From positions 87,795-151,794 of the forward strand of contig PS015202.1 in assembly GCA_048213135.1 (NCBI GenBank): DNA of 64,000 nt, given 5' to 3'. Source of the DNA: Reclinomonas americana ATCC 50394. Its lineage: Eukaryota. Of this stretch, positions 60,677 through 64,000 are shown piece after piece. The notes beneath the pieces were generated by a model. The model saw only the letters and a program-made list of their open reading frames with translations. It did no database searches and was not told the origin of the DNA. Numbering within the stretch: the stretch's first letter is position 1; each line of letters starts with the position of its first letter. Both the position numbers and the translations under genes were made by a program.

Positions 60677-63600
60677 TTACGATCGGGTGTCGTACTCAAA
60701 CGATGTCAACGAGCGACGTCGCATGAGATTTTTCAGCGGCGCCTGCTGCTGCGAGTTGTCGGAGCCGGATGGTGCGGCAGCGAGGCGATCGGTGCGGGCC
60801 TCATCGGCATCGACATCATCGTCATTGTCGTAGGGGGTGTCGACGGGAGTCGGAGTCGGCGACGGCGAGGTGGGAGTCATGGAGCGGACATCTGGCGACA
60901 AGCGTCGGCGCTTGAGCGCCTGCTGCCCGTCGCTGCCGCCGTCCGCATCGTGCGCCACATGCATGACATGGCGGTCGGCGTCGCCCGTTTCGGAGGCATC
61001 GGACCGCCGTTTGCGCTCACGTACAGGCACGTCCGCGGGCGGCGTATCCACCGGACTGGGCGACGGCAGCTCGCCTCTGGCGGCGGCGGCGGCTGCGGCT
61101 GCTGCTGCTGCGACTGCCGCCGAGGTGCGAAGCACCCGACGACGGCGCAGTACCGAGTGCGCGCTCCGACCCTCCTCCACAAACTTGAATGCCTCGAGCC
61201 GATCGAGTGAAACCGCAGACTGCAGCGCAGCCGGTGGCGGGGGCGGAGGAGGAGGAGGAGGAGGAGGAGAAAGAGGCGACTGTGGAGGTGGTAGTGCTGC
61301 GCGCGTTGGTGGAGCGGTGGGAGGAGACACGCCGATGGCGCCTCCAAGACGCCCCCGTCGCTCCTCCCGGCCCGTCACTGCAATGTTCATCACGTCGGTG
61401 GGCGCCAGCGGTGCTCGATGCCGACGATGCTGTGTCTGCGACAAGGACGACGACGGCGAGGGCGTTGGTGTCGAGGGCGACGGTGAGGCGGAGCCAAGAA
61501 CGCCGCCCAGACTGTCTTGCGACAGGTGGCGTCGCGAGGCACTGCTGCCTCGGTCGTCCTCATCCTCATCTTCACCGTCGTCGTTATCGCCACCACCGCC
61601 CCGAGCATCGCGATCGTTCACCTCCGTGCTGTCGTCTGCAAAGCCTGCTGCCGGCGTCGTCACCTCGTCATCGTCAAGCGTCGCCGCAGCCTCTCCATAG
61701 TCTTCCAGTGGTGTGCGCGCTTCGGTGACGGCGTCTTGTGCACGGAACGCAAAGCGGGCCAGCAGCGCGCCAATGGGTCGTCGCCTGCCTCGCGACACAG
61801 AACCGTCGGCACCACTCGGCGTCGTCGATGGTGAGCGCTCCTCGCCGTCAGAAAGGGGAGACGACTCGCCGAGGCCGGAGGTGGTTCGGCGTGGCAAAGT
61901 CAGTCGCATTGCAGCTGTCTCGCTCACGGCCATTGCAGCAGTAGCAGTCGTGGTGGTGGTGGATGTCGTCGTCGTCGTTGAGGCGGTCGTTGTGAATTCG
62001 GCCGCTCGATACGACAATCGCCCCGAGAACAGGTGCGACACGTTGACCAGCGGCGAAGTCGGCGAGGCGGCCTGCAGCAGCGGTTTCTGTTTCTGCCACC
62101 AGTGAGTCTCTCTGTGATGGTCGCAGCAAAGCAGATGGACTCCACACCTGCAACGGTCGGTTCTCGTCGTGCTGGAAGAACCGACTGCGTCGTGCAGTGG
62201 CCGACTGTGGAGTGGTTGCGGTGGTCGGTGTAGAGTCAGCGTCGTCTGCGGAGCAAGTGAGCGCAAGAGGGAGACAGTGTCTGTCGTACAGAGGAGGAGG
62301 GAATGCAGCCGCACCGGAGCCTGGGGTGTCGACACTGAGTGGCGACGGAGGTACAAAGGGTCGTGAGGCGCCGCTCGGACGACTGACGGCAGCTGTTGAT
62401 GGAATAGGAGATGGTCAGCAGAGCGAGCGGGGGAAAAGAGGGAAGAGGCAGCAACCGGTAACAGTAACACCACGCACTCATGTAGTTGAAAATGGTGGAG
62501 CCGGCACGGTCGATTGGCAAGCGCAGCGACTTGCGCTCCGCAGGCTGGTCGGCCAGCAATGTGGGACTTACCACCGTGGCCACCGACGGACCGGCTCTCC
62601 TCTGCAGCGACTTGGAGACTGGCTTGCGCGGCACTGCCACCCACCCACCAGACTTGTCCATCGACGACAAGGCCGGTGGCGACGGTGCTGCCGATGCAGC
62701 CGCTGTTGCGGTGGTGGTTGTTGTTGTTGTTGTTGTTGTCGACGTTGAGTCGGAAGGTGCCGCATGCGTGGTGCCTCCTAACCTCTCCTCGGCCAACACC
62801 CTGCGACTGGTTAAGCAATAGAGGAGAGAGGAAAAGAGAGGGCAGTAACACAGGCACTCAACTCGGCAAACGGCCGCATCGATCGCGGCTCCAACTCGCC
62901 ACACACGAGTGCGACCGCCGTCTCCTTGTCCAGCATTTCACCGACAAACTCCAAGTCGTCGGTGCCCAGCAAGCTCTCGTCTGGCTCCGAGAAGTGACAC
63001 AAGCGCTTGGCTATGGGATCAAAGACCACCTGGTAGCGAAACACCAACTCTGCGCGACGGAATTCGTCGGCGTACTCTCGTGGCACGGTGATGCGGTGGT
63101 CGAATTGCAGTCGCGCCAGCACACGGTCCACCTCGCGGTACTGCTGCACCATCTGGTGTGCCTTCTTGATGCCCACATTGTGAATGTTGGGCAGGTAGTC
63201 GCACCCACAAAAGATGCACAGACGAGTGATCATGTCGGGGGTGAACGACGCAAACGACAGCTGCTGATTGGCGCCAAGCATCTGCCACCAACAACGTGAG
63301 TCGCCTCTCTCCTCGCTCTCCTCTCAGGCACACACACACACACAGAGCGAGTGCAGCGTGCCTTGTACTTGAGCTCCTGCGCCTCGCCATCATTGTTCAT
63401 CTTGAAGAGGATGCGCCGGCACTGGTACGCCACCAAATCACTGTCTTCGGTGATCACCGCCTCCACATAGTCGGTGTTGCACAGGTACGCCAGCTGCGCA
63501 TCGGCCTCATACGGCGCCACCATGAACTCCACACCCTCAGCACGCAGCGCCTGCTGGAACGCATACGTCATGCCCGCCGTGACCTCAATGCCCTTGCGGA

Positions 63601-64000
63601 AGCACTCGTTCGCCTGCCCAGCAGCAGCACACACATTCACGACAAGTCCTTGTGCGGCGCCAATCATGACACGCGCGCGTAACTTCCTGCGCACGTCCCT
63701 CGCGCAGCAGTGCCAGTCCGCGCTCTCGTCCTTCCTTGCGCGACTTGTTGCGTCCCTCGTTGGTGCCGCGCTTGGCCGGCAGTGGGCGCCCATCAAACAC
63801 AATCACTGGCACCACATTGTGATGCCGCAAGAGACCCACCATGCGCATGCAGTATGCCAGGTATCTGTGTGAGTGTGTGAGAGTGTGTGGGTGGGAGCAG
63901 AGGGGGGAGTGGTGGAGGTGAAACTTGGTGGACGGCATGTTGAGGCACAGTTCGCGCGCGCAGGCATATGCGCCCCTGTGCAGCCACGCAGACGCATCCA
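60677..64000 (-). CDS. EXO1: Exonuclease 1 (XPG/FEN1 family), 5' end outside the window
   Basis: VIVFDGRPLPAKRGTN, VAPYEADAQLAYL, ITEDSDL, CIFCGCDYLPNIHNVGIKKA and FRRAELVFRYQVVFDP, followed by a long disordered tail. Confidence 0.92.

Noticed and set aside
60653-63872. Long antisense ORFs over EXO1 and other genes
   Set aside because: Shadow ORFs from GC-rich codon usage with no recognisable motifs.
1-64000. Transposons, Introner-like repeated introns, viral or prokaryotic inserts, rRNA
   Set aside because: No transposase, RT, integrase or capsid motifs were seen. Introns share only splice signals and microsatellites, and there is no intronless prokaryote-like block.

Overview
Gene-dense, intron-rich, GC-rich eukaryotic (protist-like) draft scaffold with seven N-gaps (7449-8350, 20168-20873, 27734-28155, 28920-28975, 29743-30093, 31864-31883, 33067-33086). 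The six-frame ORFs mislead because genes are split by short (mostly ~60-140 nt) spliceosomal introns, so I rebuilt about 27 gene models by hand. Gene identities come from motif recognition by eye, not database searches, and some ends are approximate. Recognisable genes: DOPA-4,5-dioxygenase family, F-box/LRR, ankyrin, three adjacent CAP-Gly proteins, two-repeat Myb, pirin, VPS26C/DSCR3, MIS12, LRRC61-like, COA5/PET191, an SLC25 carrier, a PILS-type transporter, NNF1/PMF1-like, WD40 and EXO1, plus a tRNA-Sec(UCA). Main signals: (1) a second, common class of 5' splice site, GTT[GA][CAT]G (mostly GTTGCG), which is the normal donor with one extra T and almost always follows an exon not ending in G; (2) a Ubl-like/coiled-coil/kinase/HECT fusion in which both catalytic domains look dead; (3) the tRNA-Sec lies inside intron 1 of the PILS gene; (4) a cluster of three CAP-Gly genes, one apparently fused to Kelch repeats; (5) MIS12, NNF1 and a candidate helix-only survivin-like micro-ORF within ~11 kb; (6) a pirin probably anchored to a membrane through a GC-AG intron.
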